From positions 186,001 through 250,000 of IMG/VR virus record IMGVR_UViG_3300028920_000022: DNA of 64,000 bases; one strand, 5' to 3'. Of the stretch, positions 27,783 to 37,771 are shown one piece after another. The translations under genes were made by a program, and so were the position numbers. The notes under the pieces were generated by a model. It worked only from the letters and a program-made list of their open reading frames with translations, was not told the DNA's origin and made no database searches. Numbering within the stretch: position 1 is the stretch's first letter; each line of letters begins with the position of its first letter.

Positions 27783-28822
27783 TTATGGGAAGACCTCCTA
27801 AACCAAAAAATAAAATAGATATAAATGCGTTATTAGAAAAAGTACAAGCATCATACGGAAAAGATAAAGGTAGAGCAGCCGAGGTTTCCACCGGTAGCTC
27901 GCTGGTTAGACCAAACAGAGACGACCAGTTTGTATGTTGGAAAGATTCTCCGTGGGAATCACTTACTCAAATTAGAGGATTGCCGTTTGGTCGTATCTGC
28001 CAAATCGCAGGCAGACCAGATAGCGGTAAAAGCACCCACGCTATGCAGTTTATGAAGAATGCCCAGGATCAGGGCTGCGTAGTGATATTGTGGGATGCCG
28101 AAAACAAATTTAGCGCCACCAGATTTGATAAGTATTTTGGTGGACGCTCTGATGATCTCCTTTTAGTGAGATCAAAATTAATATTGGAAGGTGGTGATAG
28201 AGTAGAACGTTTCATACATGAAATAAAAAATATGGATCCTGACGCCAAGATTTTGGTTGTTTGGGATTCAGTTGGCGGCACACTTGCGAAAAATGAAGCG
28301 GTGGATGTTTCAGAAGATAAAAAAGGTAAAAAGAACAAGTATGAAGGCAGCATGGCTGATAATAAGCAGCTAGCTGCCGCCGCCAAAGAAAATGGTACGG
28401 TGATGCGTGGATTGATTCGTTTAATGGAGAAATATAAAGATCAGGATAATGAATCAATTTCAGTATTACTAATTAACCAAACATATTCCAACATTGGTTC
28501 GCATGGTCAAAAAGAATCCGGCGGACAAAAGGTGGAATTCTTTTCTTCCATAATAGTTCAATTAACTCGCAAGGGTGATTTGAACTTTACTCGTGATGGT
28601 GTAAAACGAAGAAAAGGCATTGTGACAAGGGCAAAAGTTTCTAAGAATCATTTATTTGATGGCGAAGATACGATTGCGGAACTGGAATTGGCTATCACGG
28701 CTGGCGGAATCAATCTTCTTAGCGATTATAAAGTTTTGGAAAAGAAAACCAAGACTGGTTGGGAAGATAATGATGAGGCTGATGTAGAAGTCGAGGAGCC
28801 CATTTCGGATGAGGTTAATTAG
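27773..28822 (+). CDS. RecA/UvsX-like recombinase
   Basis: GLPFGRICQIAGRPDSGKST Walker A, WDAE, VWDSVG Walker B, LINQ, SGGQKVEFFSS. Confidence 0.9.
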   Translation: MELIMGRPPKPKNKIDINALLEKVQASYGKDKGRAAEVSTGSSLVRPNRDDQFVCWKDSPWESLTQIRGLPFGRICQIAGRPDSGKSTHAMQFMKNAQDQGCVVILWDAENKFSATRFDKYFGGRSDDLLLVRSKLILEGGDRVERFIHEIKNMDPDAKILVVWDSVGGTLAKNEAVDVSEDKKGKKNKYEGSMADNKQLAAAAKENGTVMRGLIRLMEKYKDQDNESISVLLINQTYSNIGSHGQKESGGQKVEFFSSIIVQLTRKGDLNFTRDGVKRRKGIVTRAKVSKNHLFDGEDTIAELELAITAGGINLLSDYKVLEKKTKTGWEDNDEADVEVEEPISDEVN

Positions 28823-28824
28823 TC

Positions 28825-29172
28825 ATGTCAGGAACACATAAAGTAGGTGAGGTTGCTATACAAAAAGCTAACGCTTCTGCTTTAGCGGAAAATAGGCTAG
28901 CAAATAAATCTACTAATAAATTCCTATATATAGCGAGGATCAAACACCTCTCAGATGAGTCCAAAATACAAATATATGTGCTGCTAAAACAGACAGAATG
29001 GGTATATGGACTTGATTTTGTGGGGTATGAGATCACAGTACAGAAGCTAACAAAGTTAACGAGTTATTTAGAAGCTTTAGAATATGCCAAGAATAGTACA
29101 GTTAAAGTAGTTAACAAGCGAATACCTTGGGCACGAATTCTCGAAGTAGAAAATATGTCGTATAACAAATAA
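28825..29172 (+). CDS. hypothetical protein
   Basis: ATG ORF. Confidence 0.6.
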   Translation: MSGTHKVGEVAIQKANASALAENRLANKSTNKFLYIARIKHLSDESKIQIYVLLKQTEWVYGLDFVGYEITVQKLTKLTSYLEALEYAKNSTVKVVNKRIPWARILEVENMSYNK

Positions 29173-29188
29173 GCAATGAGGTAACACA

Positions 29189-29866
29189 ATGAGTAATAAT
29201 AAATATGGAATGGTAAGTTGGGACGAGGTTGAAACACAGACAACTTCTCCAAATGCATCACGTAGGGATCTGTTCCTGCGTTTGTCTGATGGCTCTAATA
29301 TTGTTAGAGTTCTCACGAAACCACATGAGTATCTCATGTATCGCTATAAGTCCGATCCTAGCGATCCGGGTTATGGAGAGAGGGTTTTGTCCAGTATCTA
29401 TCACGGGTCTGATCCTTTGATGGAAAAGGGGCTAAAGCCGAAGAAGCGTTGGCTCGTTGGAGTTATTGATCGATCAACCCAGAGTTATAAAATCCTAGAT
29501 ATAGGTCCTGCTATCTTTAAAGGGATTCAGACTTTGGTCCGGGATGAGGATTGGGGAGATCCAACTCAATTCGATATTAACATCAAGGTTGATAAGAATG
29601 GTGGACCAACCGGGTATTACACTGTAACCCCCAAGAAACAGAAGCCATTGACGCCAGAGGATCTTGAGATTAAACAAATGGTAGATCTCGAAGAGCTGAA
29701 GCGTAAGTGTACTCCTCCTACTCCCGAACAGGTTGCTGAACGTGTGGCTGCTATCGATGCTAAGAGCAAAGCTCGTAAAAACGGCGGCTCCAATCCAGTA
29801 ACGGTAGAGGATGAGGATGACGATGACGATACTGATTTTCCGGCAGTGGAAGGGTCGGAATCTTAA
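29189..29866 (+). CDS. single-stranded DNA-binding protein (gp32-like)
   Basis: FLRLSDGSNIVRVL, YKILDIGPAIFKGI, FDINIKV...YTVTP, acidic DEDDDDDTDF tail; next to the recombinase. Confidence 0.7.
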   Translation: MSNNKYGMVSWDEVETQTTSPNASRRDLFLRLSDGSNIVRVLTKPHEYLMYRYKSDPSDPGYGERVLSSIYHGSDPLMEKGLKPKKRWLVGVIDRSTQSYKILDIGPAIFKGIQTLVRDEDWGDPTQFDINIKVDKNGGPTGYYTVTPKKQKPLTPEDLEIKQMVDLEELKRKCTPPTPEQVAERVAAIDAKSKARKNGGSNPVTVEDEDDDDDTDFPAVEGSES

Positions 29867-29891
29867 ACAATAATCGCTAATACAATTAATT

Positions 29892-29930
29892 GAAAGGGTG
29901 GCTCTGTAAAGAGTCACCCTTTCTTTTTTT
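29892..29930 (+). terminator. rho-independent terminator
   Basis: 14-bp stem gaaagggtggctct / agagtcaccctttc (one G-U pair), GTAA loop, then 7 T. Confidence 0.85.
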
Positions 29931-29949
29931 GTTCGTTATATCTTATGGT

Positions 29950-30471
29950 ATGAGTTTAATTATGGGTCTGGACGTTAGTTCCACTACTGTTGGTCTTTCT
30001 ATCATCAAAGATGAGCCTCTCACTTTAGTTCATACAGAATTCTTTAAACCACCAAAAAAGGTTCATATATTTAAGCAATTGGAACAAACTAAATTATATG
30101 TTCTCAAAAAACTAAAACAATATAAACCAGACCAAATTGTTATTGAAGATATTATTGAATATATACAAGGTGGAAGCGGATCTAAAACTACTATTAAGTT
30201 GGCGATATTTAATAGAACAATTGGTTTGGCAATTTTTGAGGAGTTGGGAGAGCCACCAATTTTATTAAATGTAAATACTGCCAGGAAGCTAATAAAACCT
30301 GAAGGATATTCTGGTCGATTGACCAAGGAAGATGTGCCTCAAGCCTTAGAGGTTTTGTTTGATCAGCCTTTCCCTTTCTTATACAATAAAAAGGGGAACA
30401 TTAAAAAAGAATCTTACGATATGGCTGATTCTGTCGCTATTGCCGTTGCCCACGTGTTAAATCATGAATAG
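29950..30471 (+). CDS. RuvC-like Holliday junction resolvase
   Basis: IMGLDVSSTTVG, IVIED, DMADSVAIA acidic catalytic motifs. Confidence 0.8.
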   Translation: MSLIMGLDVSSTTVGLSIIKDEPLTLVHTEFFKPPKKVHIFKQLEQTKLYVLKKLKQYKPDQIVIEDIIEYIQGGSGSKTTIKLAIFNRTIGLAIFEELGEPPILLNVNTARKLIKPEGYSGRLTKEDVPQALEVLFDQPFPFLYNKKGNIKKESYDMADSVAIAVAHVLNHE

Positions 30472-31408
30472 AAATGAAGCTTACAATATTTTGGGTCTGG
30501 ATTCGTCTGCTACCGAAGAGGATGTTAATAAAGCCTTTCGGAAGTTAGCTGCACAATATCATCCCGACCGTAACAAAGATGAAAATGCCGAGGCGGAATT
30601 TAAGAAAATAAATGAAGCCGCTCAAATATTAAAAAAACCAGAGGAAGAATTTAATCCGTTTTTTAATGTACCCAGCTGGGCAAATTCAGTTAATTTTCAT
30701 GTTAATAGAAGACGGAGAAACTCTCCCCCACCAACCGTGTATGTGAACTTCTCTTTTGAGGAATCAGTGCTGGGATGTAAAAAGGAAATTGAATTTACTC
30801 GCGATGCCAGATGTAATGCTTGCCAAGGAAGAGGAGATATTCTAACCAATGATAAATGTCCAGCTTGTAATGGTAAAGGCAATACTTCCCAACACCAAAA
30901 TACCAATTCGGGACATTTTAAGTTCATTATGACCTGCCCACAATGCTCTGGCTCTGGTAAAAAAGCTGATCCCTGTTCCACCTGTTCAGGTACCGGTGCT
31001 ACACCAGAAACCGTTAAACATAAAATTAATATCCCAGGTGGTATACATAATCAGGAAACTATTCGTTTGCCACAAGCTGGTCATTATAATTCTGGATTTG
31101 TTTCTGATGCTTTTATTATCGCTAACGTGGAACCAGATAAAGATATGTCGCTTTCTCCCAATGGTAGAGATGTCTTATCTAATATTGAACTTTCCCTCTT
31201 GGAAGCCCTCAAAGGTACTAAGAAAAAAGTGCGTACCGTTAAAGGCGAATTAACCCTTAATATTCGTCCGGGCACCAAAAATGAAAACATCATCAAAGCT
31301 TCAGGCTATGGCTCTAGAGGTCTTGGTGATCATCTATTTACTATTAAAGTAAATTATCCAGAAGATATAGATAAACTTGTAGACTTTTTAGAAAATGAGG
31401 AAAAATAA
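30464..31408 (+). CDS. dnaJ: DnaJ (type I) co-chaperone
   Basis: J domain with YHPD, four CxxCxGxG repeats, C-terminal substrate-binding domain. Confidence 0.93.
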   Translation: MNRNEAYNILGLDSSATEEDVNKAFRKLAAQYHPDRNKDENAEAEFKKINEAAQILKKPEEEFNPFFNVPSWANSVNFHVNRRRRNSPPPTVYVNFSFEESVLGCKKEIEFTRDARCNACQGRGDILTNDKCPACNGKGNTSQHQNTNSGHFKFIMTCPQCSGSGKKADPCSTCSGTGATPETVKHKINIPGGIHNQETIRLPQAGHYNSGFVSDAFIIANVEPDKDMSLSPNGRDVLSNIELSLLEALKGTKKKVRTVKGELTLNIRPGTKNENIIKASGYGSRGLGDHLFTIKVNYPEDIDKLVDFLENEEK

Positions 31409-31729
31409 ATGGGATTTGTTATTTGTTGTGATAATAAAGGCTGTTACCAAAGTATGGAACCATTATTGGATACTAATACAAATGAGGTTATTTGTACTGA
31501 ATGTGGTCAGCCTATTAAAAGCGTAACTCAGTTTACTAGAATTCAAATGAAAAGTTTGGGTCAAATCAAAAAATCAGCACCTGCCTCAAAAGCTTTTTCA
31601 GTAGAATGTCGATTCTGTGGTTCAGTCTCCCCTCCAACTAAAAAGGACAAAAAACTGTATTGCTCCTCTTGTAATCGCCACCTCGATTACTTGACCCCAG
31701 CCTTTGTGCAAAGCTTTCTTGTGAAATGA
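31409..31729 (+). CDS. double Zn-ribbon protein
   Basis: CDNKGC...CTEC and CRFC...CSSC. Confidence 0.6.
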   Translation: MGFVICCDNKGCYQSMEPLLDTNTNEVICTECGQPIKSVTQFTRIQMKSLGQIKKSAPASKAFSVECRFCGSVSPPTKKDKKLYCSSCNRHLDYLTPAFVQSFLVK

Positions 31730-32532
31730 ATATTCATACCCTCTCTAAACGTATTCTTCATAAATCTGAAGCGTTTGCAGAGGTTATGTCCTCTTGTACC
31801 ACCTTATTAAAACATAATCCAAATGCTGAGTTTGTTAAAAATTATCTTTACCAAAGAGTTCCGTCTTATAATTGTGGCGGTACCACTTTTGGTTTCTTCC
31901 CATCAAATTCTCAAATTCATTTATTAACCGAATACGTTGGCGAAGACATTCTCTGTGATCTGGGTCTTCTCTATAAACGATTTGTAAATGATGGCGGAGT
32001 TCCCCAGATCACTACCTTTGGTGTGCTTAATGATCACAATTTGGTTATGCCTTATAGGAATTTGAACGGCGACATTATAGCTCTTGTAGGCAGATCCCTT
32101 CTCCCAGAACAAAAACGCGAACAGGAAAATATATCAAAATATAAAAATACCAAATTTCATAAGTCTATGAACCTGTTTGGTCTCTATAAAGCTAAACAAG
32201 CTATTATAGAAAAAGGCTTCGCTATCGTTACTGAAGGTCAGTTCGATTGTATTAATTGCCACCATTTTGGTTTTAATAATGTTGTTGCTTTGGGCGGCAT
32301 TTCATTAACTAAATTTCAATTTTACTTACTAATGCGATATACTGATACTATTTATTTGTTGCTGGACAATGATGTTCCCGGAATAAAAGCTACAGATACT
32401 ATTATTAATAGATATAAGAAAATAGCAAACATAAAAAGATTTGATTGGAAAAATAGAACGGAAAAAGATCCGGATGAGTTGGTTAAAAATGGATATGATT
32501 TAAACCATATAGAGCGTGATATATTAGATTAA
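31726..32532 (+). CDS. DnaG-type primase catalytic core (Toprim), no zinc-binding domain
   Basis: LVMPYRNLNGDIIALVGR, SKYKN, LFGL, VTEGQFD, VVALGG, LLDND, KDPDE. Confidence 0.9.
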   Translation: MNIHTLSKRILHKSEAFAEVMSSCTTLLKHNPNAEFVKNYLYQRVPSYNCGGTTFGFFPSNSQIHLLTEYVGEDILCDLGLLYKRFVNDGGVPQITTFGVLNDHNLVMPYRNLNGDIIALVGRSLLPEQKREQENISKYKNTKFHKSMNLFGLYKAKQAIIEKGFAIVTEGQFDCINCHHFGFNNVVALGGISLTKFQFYLLMRYTDTIYLLLDNDVPGIKATDTIINRYKKIANIKRFDWKNRTEKDPDELVKNGYDLNHIERDILD

Positions 32533-32538
32533 TAGCTT

Positions 32539-32721
32539 ATGACAGATCAACCCAAAAATGCCGAATTGTTGATTCTTAAAGATCAGCTTGTAGATCGTCT
32601 TAAACATATTATCGATACCCAGCTAACTCCTAGACAGAAGGAGGCGCTAAAGTTGTATGTTCAAGGATTAACTACAGAAGAAATAGTAGAAAAATTGGTT
32701 AAACCCCCAGGAGAGGAATGA
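32539..32721 (+). CDS. truncated HTH paralog of the next gene
   Basis: LKDQL...TQLTPRQKEALKLYVQGLTTEEI aligns with 32718..33164. Confidence 0.5.
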   Translation: MTDQPKNAELLILKDQLVDRLKHIIDTQLTPRQKEALKLYVQGLTTEEIVEKLVKPPGEE

Positions 32722-33164
32722 CAGATCGATCAAAAAATCGTAGTGATAAATATCAGTGGGTGCTGGTTGAATCCCCTTGTTCCCCGGAAATGTTGACTGA
32801 AGTGGCTGATTCTGAAGGTATCTCAGCTCAACTTAATCCCTGGGGCTATAATGAAGAATTACTGAACCTTAAAGATCAGCTGAAAGCTGCCTTCTGGAGA
32901 ATCGTTAATACCCAATTAACCCCCAGACAAAGAGATGTTTTGCAGCTGTATTCTAAGGGTAGAACTCAAACCGAAATTGCTAAGAAATTGGGCGTCAATC
33001 AGAGTAGTATCACTAAGAGTATTAACGGAAATTGCGATTATAGAAATGGTAAGAAGATTTATGGCGGCTCTAAGAAGAGAATACAGCGGCTAGCTGAACA
33101 AGATCCAGAAATACAAGCTATCTTTCGTAGGATCCAAGAAATACAAAATGACGACGATTTATGA
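32718..33164 (+). CDS. LuxR / sigma-70 region-4-like HTH protein
   Basis: LTPRQRDVLQLYSKGRTQTEIAKKLGVNQSSIT. Confidence 0.8.
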   Translation: MTDRSKNRSDKYQWVLVESPCSPEMLTEVADSEGISAQLNPWGYNEELLNLKDQLKAAFWRIVNTQLTPRQRDVLQLYSKGRTQTEIAKKLGVNQSSITKSINGNCDYRNGKKIYGGSKKRIQRLAEQDPEIQAIFRRIQEIQNDDDL

Positions 33165-34156
33165 AATTATGTACTAAATGTAAGCAAGAAAAACCAGAAT
33201 CCGCTTTTTCAAAAAACAAAAATAAACCAGACGGCTTGCAAGGTATTTGTAAAGGTTGTTGTATGGCAATTCTTGCTTCTGGAAAGCAGCATTGTCCTAT
33301 ATGTGATCAAGACAAAGATTTATCTTGTTTTAATAAGGCATCTAAAAGCCCGAGTGGGTATTTTTACTATTGTCGCGAGTGTGTTAATATCGTATACAGG
33401 CAGAGACGCGAGGAATTCAAAGCAAAACATGGGATTAGCGTTTACACCCAAAGGAATCGTGAGCGAGTAGCTTGGATTCGCTCAATAAAAGCCAACCAGC
33501 CCTGTGCTGATTGTGGCAAAATATACGATCCTAAATGTATGGATTATGACCATTTATATGGCAAAGTTAAATCTATATCTAGAATGGTATTAGCGAATTG
33601 TCCAAAAGAAACCATATTAAAAGAAATAGAGAAATGCGATTTAGTTTGTATTCTTTGTCACAATCGTAGGACCTGGAATCGTCAAAAACACCCTGACCCA
33701 TCCAAGTTTTATGCTACCAAACGAAGAAATATAGAGATTATTAAAGAAGCCAAGAAAGCTCCTTGTGTATATTGTGGAAAGATTCGTGAAGAATACAATA
33801 TGCAATTTGATCATATTGATCCCAAAGATAAGATTAAACAAATATCCGGATTGAAAAATTATAAAACCCAAACGCTGCTTGACGAATTAAAGAAGTGTCA
33901 AGTAGTATGTGCATTATGTCACAGGATAAAGTCTTTAGATGAGCAGTTGGAAGGCAAGTATGATTTTGAGAGGGAGGAAGGCACAAAGAAGAAATATGTA
34001 GGGGATGGGGAACAAGAGTGTGTAAGGTGCCATCAAATAAAGGAGTTTAAAGAATTCCATAAGCATATGAAAACGGCAAGCGGGTATAATTCCTGGTGCC
34101 GGGACTGTGTAAATGAGTACAGGAGGGAGGCTCGGAGGGCAAGTTTTGTTGTATAA
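33161..34156 (+). mobile_element. HNH endonuclease with two HNH units and flanking Zn ribbons
   Basis: CADC...DYDH...CILCHNRRT and CVYC...QFDHIDP...CALCHRIKS; CTKC and CVRC ribbons at the ends. Confidence 0.8.
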
Positions 34157-34222
34157 TTACTGAATAGATCTACTATTTTTTTCATATCCAAAGTGAGCTT
34201 TCGTGTATTTTTGGAGACAGGC

Positions 34223-34690
34223 ATGGACAAATATTCACTCGATTATACGACACTGGACAGTACATTATCGCGCCCGAAGTATTATCGATACGAGGAAGTA
34301 AAGGACAAATTAGTCAAGGTAGCGTTTGATGTTGTACGATTCATGGACAGTGATGAGATAGATGGATTATGGCAAGTACAGAAGACCGATGATGGCGATG
34401 TAATCGTAGCGATGTACGAGCAGACGCCACAGAAGGAATCGAAAGCTAACTGGTCAGCGCACACTGACAAGACTGGTTCTTATGTAAACATATTTTACAA
34501 AGGGGCGGCGGTAACAGCGATTGATTTAGAGGCGATTGGTGTACCGAGAGAAGATTCTTATATAATTTGCGAGAATTTACCGCGCAAGTTAGCGTCGGAT
34601 TCTAATTTTCGCAATAGCATGTTAGATGAATTAGCGGAGCAAGATAGGTCTGAATTGTTACGGGAATATCCCGAGCTGAGAGAGAAATAA
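34223..34690 (+). CDS. hypothetical protein (start of the morphogenesis block)
   Basis: GGAG SD, ATG at 34223. Confidence 0.65.
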   Translation: MDKYSLDYTTLDSTLSRPKYYRYEEVKDKLVKVAFDVVRFMDSDEIDGLWQVQKTDDGDVIVAMYEQTPQKESKANWSAHTDKTGSYVNIFYKGAAVTAIDLEAIGVPREDSYIICENLPRKLASDSNFRNSMLDELAEQDRSELLREYPELREK

Positions 34691-36261
34691 TGACGCACAA
34701 CGTTACTAATTTAAAAAACTTGGTATCAGATTTACGAACCAAACTGGCGGAAGGTGATAAATTTTTCACAGCTCAATTAGCTACACGGTTAAGGAAAGCG
34801 GCGGAAGAGCACCCGAACGATCCTACGGTAACTGGGATGGCGAATTTTCTTCGTGGTCGAGAGCAAAAGGGCGGGTTATTCATAACCCGAGCTGAGTTGC
34901 GAGATATTTATAATCGATTATACACCACCAACACAGCGTGTGGATCATATCTTGAGTCTGAATTGGGGAAAAAGGCGGAGGTTTCTGAGCGAAAGCCCTT
35001 AAATCCTGAGCCCAAGGAAGATTTATATCAGGGAGCCGATAAAACGTTAGTTAGTGCCTTGGCGAGTGTATTTGATAAGGAAACGAAGTATAGTCCTTAT
35101 TCTCCAGAGATTGCGAAGATAGCCGAATCCAATTGCAAGCGAGTATTACCTGGGAATCCGAAGGTGTCTACGGTAGCCGGCAATGAGGATGCAATTATTT
35201 GTGAGGCGGTATATGAGACACCCAAGGGGCGTAGCCATGTACTTATACCGGTAGAGGTTCAAGCAAGCAAGGCTCTTTTACCTAATTCGTTTGTTACCAG
35301 TGCTGGTTTTACGAAATTAAACGAAAAAACTTTAGCTGATTATGTTGTTAGTACTGCTGGTCAGAAGTTGCGGGCAGACGTCAAGCAGATTATGGAAGTA
35401 ATTCGTACCGCAAAACATGACATACCGGAGCCAATTTCTGAGGTAGAAAAGATTGTATTAATGGCTAATTTGCGTTCTGGTACGCCAGCATCACATGATC
35501 CTAATGCAATTTTGCAACAGGTTGACGAAGCGTCGCCAGGAGTTCAAATCAACGAGAGCCCAGAAGCCAAATCATTTTCCCAATATTTAAATACTCCCAC
35601 CGGAACGGCTGAATTTGTATTTGGTGAAAAAGCAGCTAATAATGGGCGTAGGATGATCAGCCAGGCATTGAACAAGTTTGGATATTCTGATTTTCAGATT
35701 CGGGTTGCTGATGTCTCTGATGAGCACATAGTTTATGCTGTAGCTCTGAAGAATACTGGGTTTAAGGTTCCAATTAAAATTGAGAAGTCTTTACCTACAT
35801 ATCCTACACTGATTATAGCTGGTGGAAAACCGGTTGAGTTTAGCAAAGAGGGTATTGATAATTTAAGTTCCATTGATCATGGGGCACGAGCAGCAGGATT
35901 GGGGCTTGATTTGAATCGTCCTGGGTTATTGATAGCCAATGTTAAGGAAGCATGTGCACGGGGAGATTTTGATCGTGCTGATGATTTATTGGGAGCAATA
36001 GAAGAAACTGGTGACAAGACAGCATATCACCACGCATTTTCGATATATCATGAGGCATTAGCTGGAAAGAAAGCCGAAAGTCGGGAAGTAAAGACAATCA
36101 AGTTGGCTGATGGAAACGAAGTTTGCGAACAGACTTTCTTACCTCCTGATAAGGTTTACATAGATGAGCACGGGGTAGCTCGTGCCAAGTATCGTCAAAA
36201 CGAAGAAAAAACTGAGCCCGCGGGTGGCTTTATGAACGCTAAAATTCTATTAGGACTGTAA
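34690..36261 (+). CDS. hypothetical virion-region protein
   Basis: 523-aa ORF coupled to the upstream stop. Confidence 0.7.
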   Translation: MTHNVTNLKNLVSDLRTKLAEGDKFFTAQLATRLRKAAEEHPNDPTVTGMANFLRGREQKGGLFITRAELRDIYNRLYTTNTACGSYLESELGKKAEVSERKPLNPEPKEDLYQGADKTLVSALASVFDKETKYSPYSPEIAKIAESNCKRVLPGNPKVSTVAGNEDAIICEAVYETPKGRSHVLIPVEVQASKALLPNSFVTSAGFTKLNEKTLADYVVSTAGQKLRADVKQIMEVIRTAKHDIPEPISEVEKIVLMANLRSGTPASHDPNAILQQVDEASPGVQINESPEAKSFSQYLNTPTGTAEFVFGEKAANNGRRMISQALNKFGYSDFQIRVADVSDEHIVYAVALKNTGFKVPIKIEKSLPTYPTLIIAGGKPVEFSKEGIDNLSSIDHGARAAGLGLDLNRPGLLIANVKEACARGDFDRADDLLGAIEETGDKTAYHHAFSIYHEALAGKKAESREVKTIKLADGNEVCEQTFLPPDKVYIDEHGVARAKYRQNEEKTEPAGGFMNAKILLGL

Positions 36262-36269
36262 CGGGTGAA

Positions 36270-37004
36270 TTGATGAGAGTTACTACATTACTTACGGAAT
36301 TATCAAAAGAACTTACCAATCCAGAGAGTGAGTTAATGGTTGCAGCGGAGCAAGGTGGTGAGGAAGTATTGTCCCGGGTAGCTGACGCGCTGGCAAGCTG
36401 TGCAGTTATTTTGAAGATGGCAGCGGATGATACCGACGGCATAGAGCCAGATTTTACTCCAGAGCAATTGATGGAAATGGCGGAAGTAGCCACAGCATTT
36501 GATGCTAGCGGGGATGAATTATTGCGGAAGCAGGCGAGTGTTATTGACGAGATTCTGCTCACTATTGGATCAAAAAAAAACTCAATAGCGAAATTTAAGG
36601 CGGCACAGGACGCAGAGATTGAGCGGTTACGGCAGCAATATCGCGATCAAGCTTTAGAAGATTCTTATACTAAAGCCAAGGAACAGCAAGACAAGGACAA
36701 TGGCGCTGAGGAAGCTGTGAAGGCTATAGACAAGAAGGTTAAGCAATATAGACCTCTAGAGACTTCATTAAGTACTCGTTATTCTCCGGATATGCCAGGG
36801 GTACAGTTGATGCGCATTGGAGACAATATATACCAATGTCCTATTTCCAAGAAGATATTTAATTATAATGCTGGATTTACTACAGCAAATGGTAACAAAG
36901 TACCTGGCAGTTCGGTAGAAAACCAGACACAGCAGTTAGGTTTTCGCACTCCAGAGCACATGAATTTCAGCACTAGGGAAGAGGTCTTGAATGGCAGGAG
37001 TTAA
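36270..37004 (+). CDS. hypothetical virion-region protein
   Basis: 244-aa ORF. Confidence 0.65.
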   Translation: MMRVTTLLTELSKELTNPESELMVAAEQGGEEVLSRVADALASCAVILKMAADDTDGIEPDFTPEQLMEMAEVATAFDASGDELLRKQASVIDEILLTIGSKKNSIAKFKAAQDAEIERLRQQYRDQALEDSYTKAKEQQDKDNGAEEAVKAIDKKVKQYRPLETSLSTRYSPDMPGVQLMRIGDNIYQCPISKKIFNYNAGFTTANGNKVPGSSVENQTQQLGFRTPEHMNFSTREEVLNGRS

Positions 37005-37009
37005 TCCAT

Positions 37010-37771
37010 ATGACTGCCGATTTTTCCAAGATTCTAGAACACCCAGATTGCGATGAAATTATCAGCAAGCTTACTCATGGAGTACAGCCAAAAGATATAG
37101 GTGATTGGTTAAAAATAAAATATTCTGAAAAGAATCAAAATCATCTTCGATTATCAGTTAAATTATTAAAAGATTTTTTAGAAAGCAATCTTGATTTGTA
37201 TAAGGATATCAAGCAGGATATTCTTGCGGCAAAACACGGGCAAAAAATTCAAACGAAAGTAGCTGCTTCATTAAAGAACAATAAAACTTATCAAGAGCGG
37301 GTACAAGAGGTTGCGGAAGAAATCAATAACAAAGAGCTAGATATCTATAAGTTCCTAGGGGAAATGGTAGTTATTGGGAAGGCGCGTATTGAGCAGTACT
37401 TCGACAAGATGCAGAGTAACCCAGAGAACACCAAACCGGATTATGGGCTAATTAAATGGATTGAGGCATTTGGTGGTTTATGTGAACGTTATGATAAGAT
37501 TGTAAATGAGCGCCCGGATCAGATTATCCAACACAATGTAACGATTCAAGTAATGGATCAATATGTGGCATTGTTGCAAGATGCCGTTAGAGAAACGTTG
37601 GCAGAGATTGATCCAGATTCTGCGTTTAAATTCATGGAAAGATTTGGCAAGAAGATGGAGAATATTGAACTTCCCGAAGAATTGAAACCAATTTCTCAGG
37701 AAAAAAGATTGGCAGAGGCTAAGATTATAAAAACTAAAGTAGAGAAATTAAGCATTACTGAGGAAGACTGA
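37010..37771 (+). CDS. helical hypothetical protein (terminase small subunit candidate)
   Basis: N-terminal HTH-like segment plus long helices, in the packaging block; inference only. Confidence 0.35.
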   Translation: MTADFSKILEHPDCDEIISKLTHGVQPKDIGDWLKIKYSEKNQNHLRLSVKLLKDFLESNLDLYKDIKQDILAAKHGQKIQTKVAASLKNNKTYQERVQEVAEEINNKELDIYKFLGEMVVIGKARIEQYFDKMQSNPENTKPDYGLIKWIEAFGGLCERYDKIVNERPDQIIQHNVTIQVMDQYVALLQDAVRETLAEIDPDSAFKFMERFGKKMENIELPEELKPISQEKRLAEAKIIKTKVEKLSITEED

